From Candidatus Aminicenantales bacterium (GTDB taxonomy: Bacteria > Acidobacteriota > Aminicenantia > Aminicenantales > Saccharicenantaceae): a stretch of 64,000 nt of DNA. Positions 7,289 through 17,137 of the stretch are shown here, one piece after another (position 1 is the stretch's first letter; the number at the start of each line of letters is the position of its first letter). Location of the stretch: the NCBI GenBank assembly GCA_049512315.1, contig JBEKXF010000006.1, positions 1-64,000 on the forward strand. The letters run 5' to 3'. The notes below the pieces were generated by a model that worked only from the letters and a program-made list of their open reading frames with translations, did no database searches and was not told where the DNA came from. A program made the translations under genes and the position numbers.

Positions 7289-9037
7289 TCAGCGGCGCAT
7301 CCCCTTATCGATCTGGGACCTGCCGACCTTGACGACAATGGGCCGGCCGTGCGGGCAAAGGGCGGGCTGGGACGATTTGAAAAGCTCGTCCACGAGGTAG
7401 CCCATCTTTTCCCGGGTCAGCGGCTGACCTGCTTTGATGGCTGTTTTGCAGGCCAGGGTCGCCAGGAACTTCTCCCGCCTGTCCCGGACGCTTGCCTGGC
7501 CCGCCTCCTCGAGCAGGGCCAGGAAGACGTCCGCGGCCTCCTCGGCCCGGAAGACGCCCGGATACTCCTTGAGGGCGTAGGACCGGCCGCCCATGGCCTC
7601 GACCCGGAACCCGAGCTCCTCGAAAAGCACGGCGTTCTCCTCGAACGCGACGGCCTCGGACGGCGAAAGCTCCAGGAGGGCCGGGATGAGGAGCGTCTCC
7701 CGGGGCCAGAGCTTCCGGCGGTCGATCTCACGGAACTTGTCGAAAAGGACGCGTTCATGGGCGTTGTGCTGGTCGATGACCAGAAGCCCGTCCTCCGCGC
7801 TCGCGACGATGTAAAGGTTCTGGAACTGCCCGAGAACTTCAGGGCCGGTTCCGGCCTTCTCCGGCAGGCTGAAGGGAGGAGCGGCCGGGCCGGCTGCAAG
7901 ACCGGGCTCCCCGGCCGCCGGATCAGCTCCCTCTCCCGCCGTCCTCTCCCGCCGCCCGGGCTCAAGACCGGACAAAAGGACGGTCTCCTCTGCGACGCCC
8001 GGAGGGGTGGAGACCCCGGCCGCCGCCGGATAGATGTCTTTGACCGCGTGCTCCCTGAGCGTCCCGTGCTCCACGGCCCTGAGGACGAGCCGGAAGACGA
8101 GCTGGGAGTCCCTGAACCGGACCTCGGCCTTGGCCGGATGGACGTTGACGTCGACGTCTCCGCACGGAAGCGTGATGAAAAGGAACGCCTCGGCCGACCG
8201 GTTCCGTTCGAGGATCCCGGCGTAGGCCTGGTTGAGAGCGGCCTGGAGGATTCGGTCCTTGACCGGCCGGTTGTTGACGAAAAAATGCTGGACGGAGCGG
8301 TCCGCGCGTCCCTGAAGCGGCCGCGACGAATAGCCGGAGAGCCGGGCCTCCCCTTCCGCTCCGGCGACCTCCATCAAGCCGTCCACGACGTCTTTTCCGT
8401 AGAGCTGGAAGATCCGGTCCCTCAGCGCGCCGACGGGCGGGCAGTTGATCGTCTCCCGCGTCCCGTGGACGAGGACGAAGCGCACGCCCGGATGGGACAG
8501 GGCGGCCTGGGTCAGGTACTTGGCGATGAGGCCGAACTCGGAGGAACTCGACCGCAGGAACTTCCGCCGGGCCGGCAGGTTGAAGAAAAGGTCGCGGACC
8601 TCGACCGCCGTCCCCCGCGGGAAGGCGATGTCCGTGACGGCCAGGAGCTTTTCCCCCTCGCGCTCGATCAGGGTGCCGCGCTCCTCGGCCCCGTCGAACG
8701 TCCTCAGGGAGAGCCGCGAGACGGCCGAGATGCTGGCCAGGGCCTCGCCGCGGAAGCCGAGGGTCGAGATCCTCTCCAGGTCTTCCTCGGTCGCGATCTT
8801 GCTCGTCGAGTGGCGCCGGAAGCAGAGGGCGGCGTCCTCCCGGCTCATCCCCGACCCGTTGTCCTGGACCTTGATCGAGCGCTTCCCGCCGTCGAGGAGC
8901 TCGACCCGGATGTCCGTCGCGCCGGCGTCGAGGCAGTTTTCGACAAGCTCCTTGACGACGGACACGGGCCGCTCGATGACCTCGCCGGCCGCGATCTTCT
9001 GGGCGATTTCCGGTGCCAGGATGTGTATTTTCTTCAT
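7289..9037 (-). CDS. mutL: DNA mismatch repair protein MutL
   Basis: IAAGEVIERP..VVKELVEN, GFRGEAL, DVNVHP.K and endonuclease motifs DQHNAHER / CPHGRP. Confidence 0.97.
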   Translation of the reverse strand: MKKIHILAPEIAQKIAAGEVIERPVSVVKELVENCLDAGATDIRVELLDGGKRSIKVQDNGSGMSREDAALCFRRHSTSKIATEEDLERISTLGFRGEALASISAVSRLSLRTFDGAEERGTLIEREGEKLLAVTDIAFPRGTAVEVRDLFFNLPARRKFLRSSSSEFGLIAKYLTQAALSHPGVRFVLVHGTRETINCPPVGALRDRIFQLYGKDVVDGLMEVAGAEGEARLSGYSSRPLQGRADRSVQHFFVNNRPVKDRILQAALNQAYAGILERNRSAEAFLFITLPCGDVDVNVHPAKAEVRFRDSQLVFRLVLRAVEHGTLREHAVKDIYPAAAGVSTPPGVAEETVLLSGLEPGRRERTAGEGADPAAGEPGLAAGPAAPPFSLPEKAGTGPEVLGQFQNLYIVASAEDGLLVIDQHNAHERVLFDKFREIDRRKLWPRETLLIPALLELSPSEAVAFEENAVLFEELGFRVEAMGGRSYALKEYPGVFRAEEAADVFLALLEEAGQASVRDRREKFLATLACKTAIKAGQPLTREKMGYLVDELFKSSQPALCPHGRPIVVKVGRSQIDKGMRR

Positions 9038-10314
9038 GTGCTGACGACCTCACCTTCTGTCGAACACGGCGAAACGCGGGTGATGCGGACCCGGACGATC
9101 TCCCGCCGCAGCGCCAGGCATGACGGGACAAGGACCTTGATATAGTTGCCCGTCAACAGCTCCGTGAAATCCCGCCTCCCGATGACGACCGCTTCCAGCT
9201 CCCGCCCCAAAAAGGAGGCCCGGAACCGGAGATTTTTTTCCGCGGAGAGTTTCCGGAGAGCGAGCGACCGTTCCTTCTTGATCCGCTCCGGAATCTGGGG
9301 CCTCGCCGCCGCCGGCGTCTCCTCCCGCGGCGAATAGGAAAAAACGTGAAAATAAGTCAGCGGCGATCCCAGGAGGAACTCCTCGAGAAGGGCGAAGTCG
9401 TCGCCGGTCTCCCCAGGAAACCCGACGATGACATCGGCACCGAGAGAGGCCTCGGGCGACCGTCCCCTCAAGTCGGAAAGGATAGACTGGTAGACCTCCG
9501 GTCCGGCCGGCCGGCCCATCTTTTCGAGGACCCGCTCCGAGGCGTGTTGCAGCGAAAGATGGAAATGCTGGCAGACCTTGGGATTCCCGGCGATATGGGC
9601 CACGAGGGATCCGTCCGTGCGCCGGGGGTCCAGGGAGCTCAGCCTGACCCGGCCCAGGCCTTCGACTTCATCGATCACCCGGAGTAGCCCGAGGAGGGAG
9701 TCTCTCGGTTCCAGGTCCACGCCATAGGACGATAAGTGAATCCCGGCCAGGACGACCTCCCGGTACCCGGCCCGGACCAACTTCCGGACGCTGGCCAGGA
9801 CGTCGTCCTCGCCGCGGCTCACGCTTCTTCCCCTGACGTTCGGGATGATACAGAACGTACACCGGTTATCGCACCCGTCCTGGACCTTGAGAAGCGCCCG
9901 GGAGCGGAAAAACGGGACGCTGTCCGCCGGGCCGGCCATCCCCGGCTCCGCCCTTTTGTCAGACCCCGCCATTCCGACGAGAGCGAGCACCTTCTCCGGG
10001 AGGCCGCTTTTCTCGCTGTTACTGATGACAAGACGGACCTGGGGAAGTTTCCCGATCTCCGCCGGGGCCCGCTCGGCGTAGCAGCCTGTGACAACGAGCT
10101 TGGCCTCCGGGTTCTGGCGCGAGATCTTCTGGATGAACTTTCTGACGTCCCGGTCGGCCCGGCCGGTCAGGGTACAGGAGTTGACGAGGACGAGGTCGCT
10201 TCGGGCCGCGTCATCCTCCAGCCGGAGACCGCCTTTCCGGAAGGCTTCGGCCCAGGCGAAAGCCTCCGCCTGGTTGACGCGGCAGCCGAAGTTCTGGATG
10301 GAGAAGGAGGGCAT
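9034..10314 (-). CDS. mtaB: tRNA methylthiotransferase MtaB (radical SAM)
   Basis: FGCRVNQAE, NSCT, KVQDGCDNRCTFC, HVFSYSPR. Confidence 0.88.
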   Translation of the reverse strand: MPSFSIQNFGCRVNQAEAFAWAEAFRKGGLRLEDDAARSDLVLVNSCTLTGRADRDVRKFIQKISRQNPEAKLVVTGCYAERAPAEIGKLPQVRLVISNSEKSGLPEKVLALVGMAGSDKRAEPGMAGPADSVPFFRSRALLKVQDGCDNRCTFCIIPNVRGRSVSRGEDDVLASVRKLVRAGYREVVLAGIHLSSYGVDLEPRDSLLGLLRVIDEVEGLGRVRLSSLDPRRTDGSLVAHIAGNPKVCQHFHLSLQHASERVLEKMGRPAGPEVYQSILSDLRGRSPEASLGADVIVGFPGETGDDFALLEEFLLGSPLTYFHVFSYSPREETPAAARPQIPERIKKERSLALRKLSAEKNLRFRASFLGRELEAVVIGRRDFTELLTGNYIKVLVPSCLALRREIVRVRITRVSPCSTEGEVVST

Positions 10315-10323
10315 CGGGAAAGG

Positions 10324-10815
10324 TCAAGGCTTTTCTTGGATCTTTTTCGAGCTCGCCTCGACGCCGGCGGCCATCTTGGCCCGGTGCTCGATGAGCTTTT
10401 TCCTGAGTTCCTCGTTCTTCAGAGCGAGGATCTCGATCGCGAGCAGGGCCGCGTTCGCACCCCCATGCTTGCCCAGAGCCACGGTCGCCACGGGCACGCC
10501 CTTGGGCATCTGGACGGTCGACAACAGGGCGTCCAGCCCCGCCAGGGCGGCGCTCTCGACGGGGACGCCAATGACGGGCCGGACGGTTTGGGCGGCGACG
10601 ATCCCCGCCAGGTGGGCGGCCTTCCCTGCGACGGCGATAAACACCTCTGCCCCCCCCGCCTCCGCCTCTTTCACCAGACGGAGCGTACGCTCGGGCGACC
10701 GGTGGGCCGAGGTCACCTCGAGGCGGTAGGGAACACGGAATTCCTTCAGGAGCTTCAGGGCCTCCTCGATGACCTCAAAGTCCGATTCGCTGCCGAGAAG
10801 GATCATCACGTTCAT
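10324..10815 (-). CDS. purE: N5-CAIR mutase
   Basis: GSESD, SAHRSP, AGKAAHL, STVQMPKGVPVATV. Confidence 0.96.
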   Translation of the reverse strand: MNVMILLGSESDFEVIEEALKLLKEFRVPYRLEVTSAHRSPERTLRLVKEAEAGGAEVFIAVAGKAAHLAGIVAAQTVRPVIGVPVESAALAGLDALLSTVQMPKGVPVATVALGKHGGANAALLAIEILALKNEELRKKLIEHRAKMAAGVEASSKKIQEKP

Positions 10816-12092
10816 GGCTGCTCCTCCCTGACGGCGCCGATGTCGCGGCGGTAGTGCATGGCTTCGAAATAGATCCGGCCGACGGCGTCGTAGATCTTCT
10901 TCATCGTGTCTTCGAGCGTCGCTTCGGAGGCGCAGACCCCGAGGACGCGGCCCCCGCTTGTCGTGTAGGCGTTATTCTCGAACTTCGTCCCGGCATGAAA
11001 AACACTCACCCCGGGGATCTCCGCCGCGTCGGTCAGCCCCGAGATCGTCTTCCCCTTCTCGTAGTGGGCCGGGTATCCGCCCGAGGCCACAACGACGCAG
11101 CCGGAGGGGTTCTCCGACCAGCGGGCCTCGGTCTTGAGGATATTTTCGTCGATCGCGGCGGACAGGAGCTCGAGGAGATCGCTCTGGAGCCGGAGCATCT
11201 GGGGCTGGGTCTCGGGGTCGCCGAAGCGGCCGTTGAACTCGAGGACCTGCGGCCCCTTGTCCGTGACCATCAACCCGGCGTAGAGGACCCCTTTGAACTT
11301 CCGGCCTTCCTCGAGCATGCGGGTGACGGCCGGGTGGACGATGGTGTTCATGACCTCGTGGAAAAGCTTCTCGGTCATGAAGGGCGAGGGCGAGATGGCC
11401 CCCATTCCCCCCGTGTTGGGGCCCTTGTCGCCGTCGTAGGCCGCCTTGTGGTCCATGGCCGAGACCAGGGGCTGGACCCGGGTCCCGTCGGAGATGACGA
11501 TGAAGGAAACCTCCCGGCCCCGGAGGAATTCCTCGATGACGATCCTCCGGCCCGCCGCGCCGAACTTCTTCTTGACCAGCATCTCTGCCGCCGTCTCCTC
11601 GGCTTTTTTCTGGCCGTGGCAGACGACCGCACCCTTGCCGGCCGCCAGGCCGTCGGCCTTGATGACGACCGGGAAGCCGAACTCGCCCGAGCCGATGACC
11701 TTCCGGGCCTCGTCGAAGGCGTCGACGACCTTGAACCGGGCCGTCGGGATCTTGTGGCGCTCCATGAACTGCTTGGCGAAGACCTTGCTTCCTTCGATCT
11801 CGGCCGCCTTCTTCGACGGGCCGAAGATCCTGAGGCCGCGCTTTTCGAACTCGTCCGCGATCCCGAGCATAAGCGGGACTTCGGGGCCGACGACGGTCAG
11901 GTCGATCTTTTCACGGGACGCGAATTCGAGGAGCCCGTTGATGTCGGTTTCCTCGAGAGGGACGTTTTCCGCGACGAGCCGGGTGCCGCCGTTGCCGGGC
12001 GCGCAGTAGACCTTCTCGGCCTGTGGGCTCCGGGCGATCTTCCAGGCCAGGGCGTGCTCCCGCCCGCCGGAACCGACGATCAGGATCTTCAT
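10812..12092 (-). CDS. purD: Phosphoribosylamine-glycine ligase
   Basis: MKILIVGSGGREHAL, KADGLAAGKG, GPNTGGMG, RFGDPETQ. Confidence 0.97.
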   Translation of the reverse strand: MKILIVGSGGREHALAWKIARSPQAEKVYCAPGNGGTRLVAENVPLEETDINGLLEFASREKIDLTVVGPEVPLMLGIADEFEKRGLRIFGPSKKAAEIEGSKVFAKQFMERHKIPTARFKVVDAFDEARKVIGSGEFGFPVVIKADGLAAGKGAVVCHGQKKAEETAAEMLVKKKFGAAGRRIVIEEFLRGREVSFIVISDGTRVQPLVSAMDHKAAYDGDKGPNTGGMGAISPSPFMTEKLFHEVMNTIVHPAVTRMLEEGRKFKGVLYAGLMVTDKGPQVLEFNGRFGDPETQPQMLRLQSDLLELLSAAIDENILKTEARWSENPSGCVVVASGGYPAHYEKGKTISGLTDAAEIPGVSVFHAGTKFENNAYTTSGGRVLGVCASEATLEDTMKKIYDAVGRIYFEAMHYRRDIGAVREEQP

Positions 12093-12129
12093 GGTCTCAC
12101 CCTCCATTCCCGTGAGATTCGAGGCCCCC

Positions 12130-13572
12130 TCAGCCTGCGACGACCCGGCGCAGATTCTCGGCGAAAAGGCCGGCGTAGCCGGGGTCGGGGATGGAGCCGG
12201 TCACGATCCGGGCCGCCAGCGGCAGGGCCTCGTCCGGCGGCAGGCAGAATTTCATGGCCAGGAAATTCCGCCTGTACCGGGACACTTCGTCCTTGGCTTT
12301 CCGGCCCCGGACGATGACATCGGCCATGAGGCCGGAGAGTTCATCGAAGTCCTTCTCGGTCATGCCGAACCGCGTCATCTCCTGGACTCCGAGGCGGATG
12401 CCGCTCGATTCGAGGAACGTGGCGTCGTCCGGGAGAGCCTGGTAATTGGTCAGGATGTTGTTGTCCTCGAGGCGCCGGGCGATCTCCATGCCGGGCCCGA
12501 AAGGCTTGACGCGGATGATGACCTGGTGGGTCTCGGTGAAACCGTCCGCCTCGTCGCCCTCGACCGGGATGCCGTGGGACTTGAGGGCCCTGGCAAAGGC
12601 CCTGGCGTTGGCCCTGACCTGGGCCTGGAACGGCTCCTTGAACTCGTTCATCTCGTACGTGGCCATGAGGAGGCCGAGGAGCGTCCCGAGATGGTGGTTG
12701 CTCGTCGAGCCGGGGAAGGCCCGTCCCCGGATATCGAGCCAGAGGGGCCGGGTCGGCGAGTCCTTGGGGAAGTTGCCGGCCACGACGCCCCGCTGGGTCC
12801 CGAAAAAGGTCTTGTGCGTGCTCCCCGTGACGATGTCCGCCCCTTCGGCCAGGGGAGCCTGGAAGGCGCCGTACAGCCCGAGGACATGGGCCATGTCGAA
12901 CATGATCACGGGTTTTTCCTCCCAGCCCCGGACGATATCAGCCACGAACTTGACCGGCTCGCGATAGAGGAACATGCTCTTGCCGAAGATGATGAGCTCG
13001 GGCCGGTGGCTCTCGAGGAGCTCGCCGAGCTTCCGGACGTCGGGCTTGTAGGGATTCTCGCGAAGGACCGGGAAATTGAGGACCCGCTCCTTGCCCGTCT
13101 CAGGGTCCTCCTCCACGAAATTGAACAGGGCCCCCATGGGCTGGGAGCTGAGGTGCCCCCCGTAGATGAGCTCGTTGTTCATGACGAGCCGCATCCGTCG
13201 CGACGGCCGCGTTTCGGCCTTGCCCCGGTTGATGAACTTCACCATGCCCTTGAAAACGACCTCGTTGGCCATCTGACCGCTGATGGGCCGGAGCTCGACG
13301 TCGGTGCAGCCGAAGTACTTCTCGAGCTCGTGCCGGGCCTCGACCTCGACGTCCCGGATGAAGTCCGTCCCCTGGTAGAAATAGACCTCCTCGCCCTTCA
13401 TGGTCCGGTGCTCCGCGTACCGGCCGGAGGGGTCGGCGATCTCGCACATCTTCACGAGGAACGACGGCGTCGACTCCGAGGGGATGAGGTTGAAGCACTC
13501 CTTCTGGCGCCAGGCGCTGTTCTGTTCAACCCTGGCCGTCAGGCTCTGCGCTTTTTCGTAGAACGATGCCAT
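12130..13572 (-). CDS. glyA: Serine hydroxymethyltransferase (divergent, archaeal-like PLP motif)
   Basis: NLIPSE, GGHLS, DMAHVLGL, GSTHKTFFG, SGIRLG; adjacent to rpiB. Confidence 0.88.
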   Translation of the reverse strand: MASFYEKAQSLTARVEQNSAWRQKECFNLIPSESTPSFLVKMCEIADPSGRYAEHRTMKGEEVYFYQGTDFIRDVEVEARHELEKYFGCTDVELRPISGQMANEVVFKGMVKFINRGKAETRPSRRMRLVMNNELIYGGHLSSQPMGALFNFVEEDPETGKERVLNFPVLRENPYKPDVRKLGELLESHRPELIIFGKSMFLYREPVKFVADIVRGWEEKPVIMFDMAHVLGLYGAFQAPLAEGADIVTGSTHKTFFGTQRGVVAGNFPKDSPTRPLWLDIRGRAFPGSTSNHHLGTLLGLLMATYEMNEFKEPFQAQVRANARAFARALKSHGIPVEGDEADGFTETHQVIIRVKPFGPGMEIARRLEDNNILTNYQALPDDATFLESSGIRLGVQEMTRFGMTEKDFDELSGLMADVIVRGRKAKDEVSRYRRNFLAMKFCLPPDEALPLAARIVTGSIPDPGYAGLFAENLRRVVAG

Positions 13573-13600
13573 TCGATGACTCCTCAATGACCGTCCCGGC

Positions 13601-14050
13601 CTATTTAAAGTTCTCGGCCTCGATGTCCCGGATCTTCTGGACCCGCCGGGTGTGGCGGCCGCCTTCGAACTCCGTATCGAGCCAGATCCGGACGAGGCGG
13701 AGGGCCAGCTCGAGGGAATGGGTCCGGCCGCCCAGGGTCAGGCAGTTCGAGTCGTTGTGTCTCCGGCTCATCTCGGCCGCGTATTCGCTGGGGCAGGGTG
13801 TCGCCCGGATGCCCTTGAACTTGTTGGCCACGATGCCCATCCCCAGCCCCGTGCCGCAGATGAGGATGGCCCGGTCGCAGGCGCCTTCGATGACGGCCCG
13901 GGCCGCTCGGGCGCCGTAGTCCACGTAGTCCACGGATTCGCCGGCGCCGCAGCCGTAATCCTCGAAGGCAATCCCCTGGCCGCGCAGGTAATCCGCGAGG
14001 CCCGATTTGAGCTCGTACCCGGCATGGTCGGACGCAAGAGCGATTCTCAT
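13601..14050 (-). CDS. rpiB: Ribose-5-phosphate isomerase B
   Basis: ASDHAG, CGTGLGM, HNDSN, FEGGRH. Confidence 0.95.
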   Translation of the reverse strand: MRIALASDHAGYELKSGLADYLRGQGIAFEDYGCGAGESVDYVDYGARAARAVIEGACDRAILICGTGLGMGIVANKFKGIRATPCPSEYAAEMSRRHNDSNCLTLGGRTHSLELALRLVRIWLDTEFEGGRHTRRVQKIRDIEAENFK

Positions 14051-14130
14051 CCCGGACTCCTTTCTCTCCGGCGAGCCCGCCGAATGGCGTCCGCCCGGCC
14101 CGCCGTCCGACGCCGAAGGCCTGCCCCTGA

Positions 14131-15738
14131 TCAGCCCCGGCCGGGCCGGCGCTTGACCGAGACGGCCGTCTTCCCGTCGGTCATCCCGGCCGCCTCGGGC
14201 AGGACATCGAGCGCCTTGAGCACGACCGGATCGGACAGGCGGGAGACGCGGACCCCCCCTTCGAGGCCCCAGATGGTGCCGGCGATCTCCCGCTCGAGCT
14301 CCCTCCGGATCTCCTCCTCGGCGTCCTTGAACGCCTTTTCGTCGTCATCGACGTTGCGCGTCTTGAGGTACTTCCGGAAATCGTCGATGACGGCCGCGTT
14401 CACGGGGAAGGTCTTGCCGACGAGGATCTTCCCGGGGCCGGAGCTCTCCGGGCCTTTCGGGTCCTGGGGGAAGACGAGAGCCCGGCCGAGATCGGTCTGG
14501 TGCTGGACGAGCTTCCGGGCATAGGCGAAGAACGCCCCGTTCAGGCGCAGCCGGCCGGTATAGGGCTTCAGGAGAGAATCCACTTTGTAGTCGGGCGTAA
14601 TCCCGCCCTGGCCCAGGACCTTGCGGCCGCGGTCCGTGTACTTGACTTCGCGGCTGTCGTCGGGGGCCCGTTTGGCCAGGAGGAGGTAATCGTCGATCTG
14701 ACTGTAATCCCGCTGGATGGACCGTCCGCTCGGCGTCAGGTACCTGGCCACGGTCAGGGCCACCGCCGCGTCGGGGGCGAGGGGGAAGACCGTCTGGACG
14801 AGGCCCTTGCCCCAGGAGTCCTCGCCGACGATGAGGCCCCGGTCGTGGTCCATGACGGCCCCGCTGACGATCTCGGAAGCGCTGGCCGTCCCCTGGTCGA
14901 TGAGGATAACGAGCGGAAGCTTCTCGTATTGGCCGTCCCGGTCGGCCTTGAATTCCCGGTCATAGGTCGGGTTGCGGCCCTTCATGGAAACGATGAGCGT
15001 CCCGGACGGGAAGAACAGGTCCGCCACCTCGATGCACTGGACGAGAGGCCCGCCGGTATTCATCCGGAGGTCCAGGATGAGGCTCTTCATGCCCTGGCCT
15101 GTCAGTTTGGCCAGGGCGTCCTCGAGCTCCCGGGGGGTCTCCTTGGCGAAATTCCTGATGAACACATACCCGACCCCGTTGTCCAGGATGAAGGAGTAGG
15201 GCACGCTCAGGAGAGGGATCTCCTCCCGGGTGATGGTCAGCTCGAGGGGCTTGTCGAGCCCGTCGCGGACGATCGTGATCGTGACCTTGGTCCCCTTCTC
15301 CCCGCGGAGCTTCTGCATCGCCTCGTAGCTCGAGATGGGCACCGTGCTCTCGCCGTTGATATGGGAGATAACGTCACCGGACTGGATGCCGAGGCGCCAG
15401 GCCGGGGTCCCCTCGATCGGTGAGATGACCATGATCTTGTCGCCCTGCTTCTGGATCTGGATGCCGAGGCCGTAATACTTCCCCGTGTATTCCTCCCTCT
15501 GGCGGGACAAGCTGTCGGGGTCCAGGAAATAGGAATGGGGGTCGAGCGTATCCAGGGTCCCCCGGATCGAGGAATAGGCGAGCTGCTGCTCGTCGACGGG
15601 CTTGTAATAATCCGCCTCGAGGATCTGGGCCATGGCCCGGACCTTCTCCAGGGCCGCGGCCCACTGGTCCTGGTTACGGGACGGTACCTGGACGAGGAGA
15701 AGGGCGATGAGAGAGAAGAGAAAAAACCGCTTTTTCAT
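14131..15738 (-). CDS. S41 family C-terminal processing protease (PDZ)
   Basis: LDPHS, PDZ domain, LDLRMNTGG, TASASEI, GKGLVQ; signal peptide. Confidence 0.93.
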   Translation of the reverse strand: MKKRFFLFSLIALLLVQVPSRNQDQWAAALEKVRAMAQILEADYYKPVDEQQLAYSSIRGTLDTLDPHSYFLDPDSLSRQREEYTGKYYGLGIQIQKQGDKIMVISPIEGTPAWRLGIQSGDVISHINGESTVPISSYEAMQKLRGEKGTKVTITIVRDGLDKPLELTITREEIPLLSVPYSFILDNGVGYVFIRNFAKETPRELEDALAKLTGQGMKSLILDLRMNTGGPLVQCIEVADLFFPSGTLIVSMKGRNPTYDREFKADRDGQYEKLPLVILIDQGTASASEIVSGAVMDHDRGLIVGEDSWGKGLVQTVFPLAPDAAVALTVARYLTPSGRSIQRDYSQIDDYLLLAKRAPDDSREVKYTDRGRKVLGQGGITPDYKVDSLLKPYTGRLRLNGAFFAYARKLVQHQTDLGRALVFPQDPKGPESSGPGKILVGKTFPVNAAVIDDFRKYLKTRNVDDDEKAFKDAEEEIRRELEREIAGTIWGLEGGVRVSRLSDPVVLKALDVLPEAAGMTDGKTAVSVKRRPGRG

Positions 15739-15854
15739 GGCGATAATCGGCAATTCATCTTATCAAAGCCCTCGACTAAAGTAAAGATAAGGAGACTGGA
15801 CTCATCCCTATCGGGCGGCACGTCTCCCATGGTATAATGTTGGACGAGGCGATC

Positions 15855-16301
15855 ATGTTCGGAAGCGTCGGACCCACGGAGCTCATCCTCATCTTCATCG
15901 TCGCCCTGCTCGTTTTCGGGCCCAAGAAGCTCCCCGAGATCGGCAAGTCCGTCGGCAAGGCCATCCGGGAGTTCAAGAAGGCCTCGGAGGAGATCAAAGG
16001 AAGGATCGAAGACGAGATCAACGCCTCGGAGATCAAGGACATCGGCAAGGATCTCCAATCCGGGGTCAACACTTTCAAGGAAAGCATCCGGGGAATCGCC
16101 GACGCCACCGGAGTGACGGAGCTCAGGAACGAGATCAGGGGAGCCACGAACGCCCCGGCCGCTCCGAACCCATACGGCGGAGCGGACACGGGATCGGCGG
16201 CCGGTTCCGGGACGGCGGAGAGCCCGCCGGCCGAAGCCAAAGATATCAAAAAGGACGCGGTCGACAATGAGACTGGGGAAGGGCCCAAAATCTCCGGATG
16301 A
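15855..16301 (+). CDS. tatA: Twin-arginine translocase TatA/B
   Basis: MFGSVGPTELILIFIVALLVFGPKKLPEIGKSVGKAIREFKK. Confidence 0.9.
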   Translation: MFGSVGPTELILIFIVALLVFGPKKLPEIGKSVGKAIREFKKASEEIKGRIEDEINASEIKDIGKDLQSGVNTFKESIRGIADATGVTELRNEIRGATNAPAAPNPYGGADTGSAAGSGTAESPPAEAKDIKKDAVDNETGEGPKISG

Positions 16302-17043
16302 GATGACCTTCCTCGAGCATCTGGAGGACCTCCGGAAGCGGCTCTTCTACTCCGCCATCGCCGTCGTCGCGGGCTTCGTGCCCTGCTGGATCTTCGCCAA
16401 GCCCCTTTACGCCATCCTGGCCCGGCCCGTGACCCAGTATCTGCCGGCGGGGACCAAGCTTGCCTTCACGAGCCTGACCGCCCCCTTCATGTTGTACATG
16501 AAGACGGCTTTCATGGCCTCCATTTTCTTCACATCGCCCTTCATCTTCCTCCAGGTCTGGTATTTCGTGGCCCCGGGCCTCTACCAGAAAGAGAAAAAAT
16601 ACGTCGTTCCCTTCGTGGTCATGACGACGGTTTTTTTCAGCATCGGCGCGGTCTTCGGATATTTCATCGTCTTCCCCTTCGCCTGCCGCTTCTTCCTAAG
16701 TATGGGCAAGGACTTTCAGCCCGTCATCAAGATCGACGAGTATTTCGGCTTCGCCTTGAAAGTCCTCCTCGGCATCGCGGCCACGTTCGAGACCCCGACC
16801 CTGGTCTTCCTCCTGTCCAAGATGGGCATCATCACGGCCAAGTGGATGATCAAGAATTTCAAGTACGCCGTCCTGGTCATTTTCATCATCGCGGCCGTCA
16901 TCACCCCGACCCCGGACTGGGTCACCCAGAGCATCGTGGCCATCCCGATGCTGGCCCTCTACGGCCTCAGCATCCTGATCGCCCTCATCGTGGGACGTCA
17001 GAAAACGAAAGCCGCGGCTTCCGGGGACACGACGGCCGGATAA
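16267..17043 (+). CDS. tatC: Twin-arginine translocase TatC
   Basis: MTFLEHLEDLRKRL, FVAPGLY..EK, FETP, AAVITPTPD; six TM segments. Confidence 0.96.
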   Translation: MRLGKGPKSPDEMTFLEHLEDLRKRLFYSAIAVVAGFVPCWIFAKPLYAILARPVTQYLPAGTKLAFTSLTAPFMLYMKTAFMASIFFTSPFIFLQVWYFVAPGLYQKEKKYVVPFVVMTTVFFSIGAVFGYFIVFPFACRFFLSMGKDFQPVIKIDEYFGFALKVLLGIAATFETPTLVFLLSKMGIITAKWMIKNFKYAVLVIFIIAAVITPTPDWVTQSIVAIPMLALYGLSILIALIVGRQKTKAAASGDTTAG

Positions 17044-17137
17044 ATGAGCGGACACGGGGAAGGCCTCTCAGGAGCCGCCGGCTGCCGCCTCTCTTTTCCC
17101 CGGCGCCGGCCATCGGCCGAAGGAGGGTTCTGACGGG

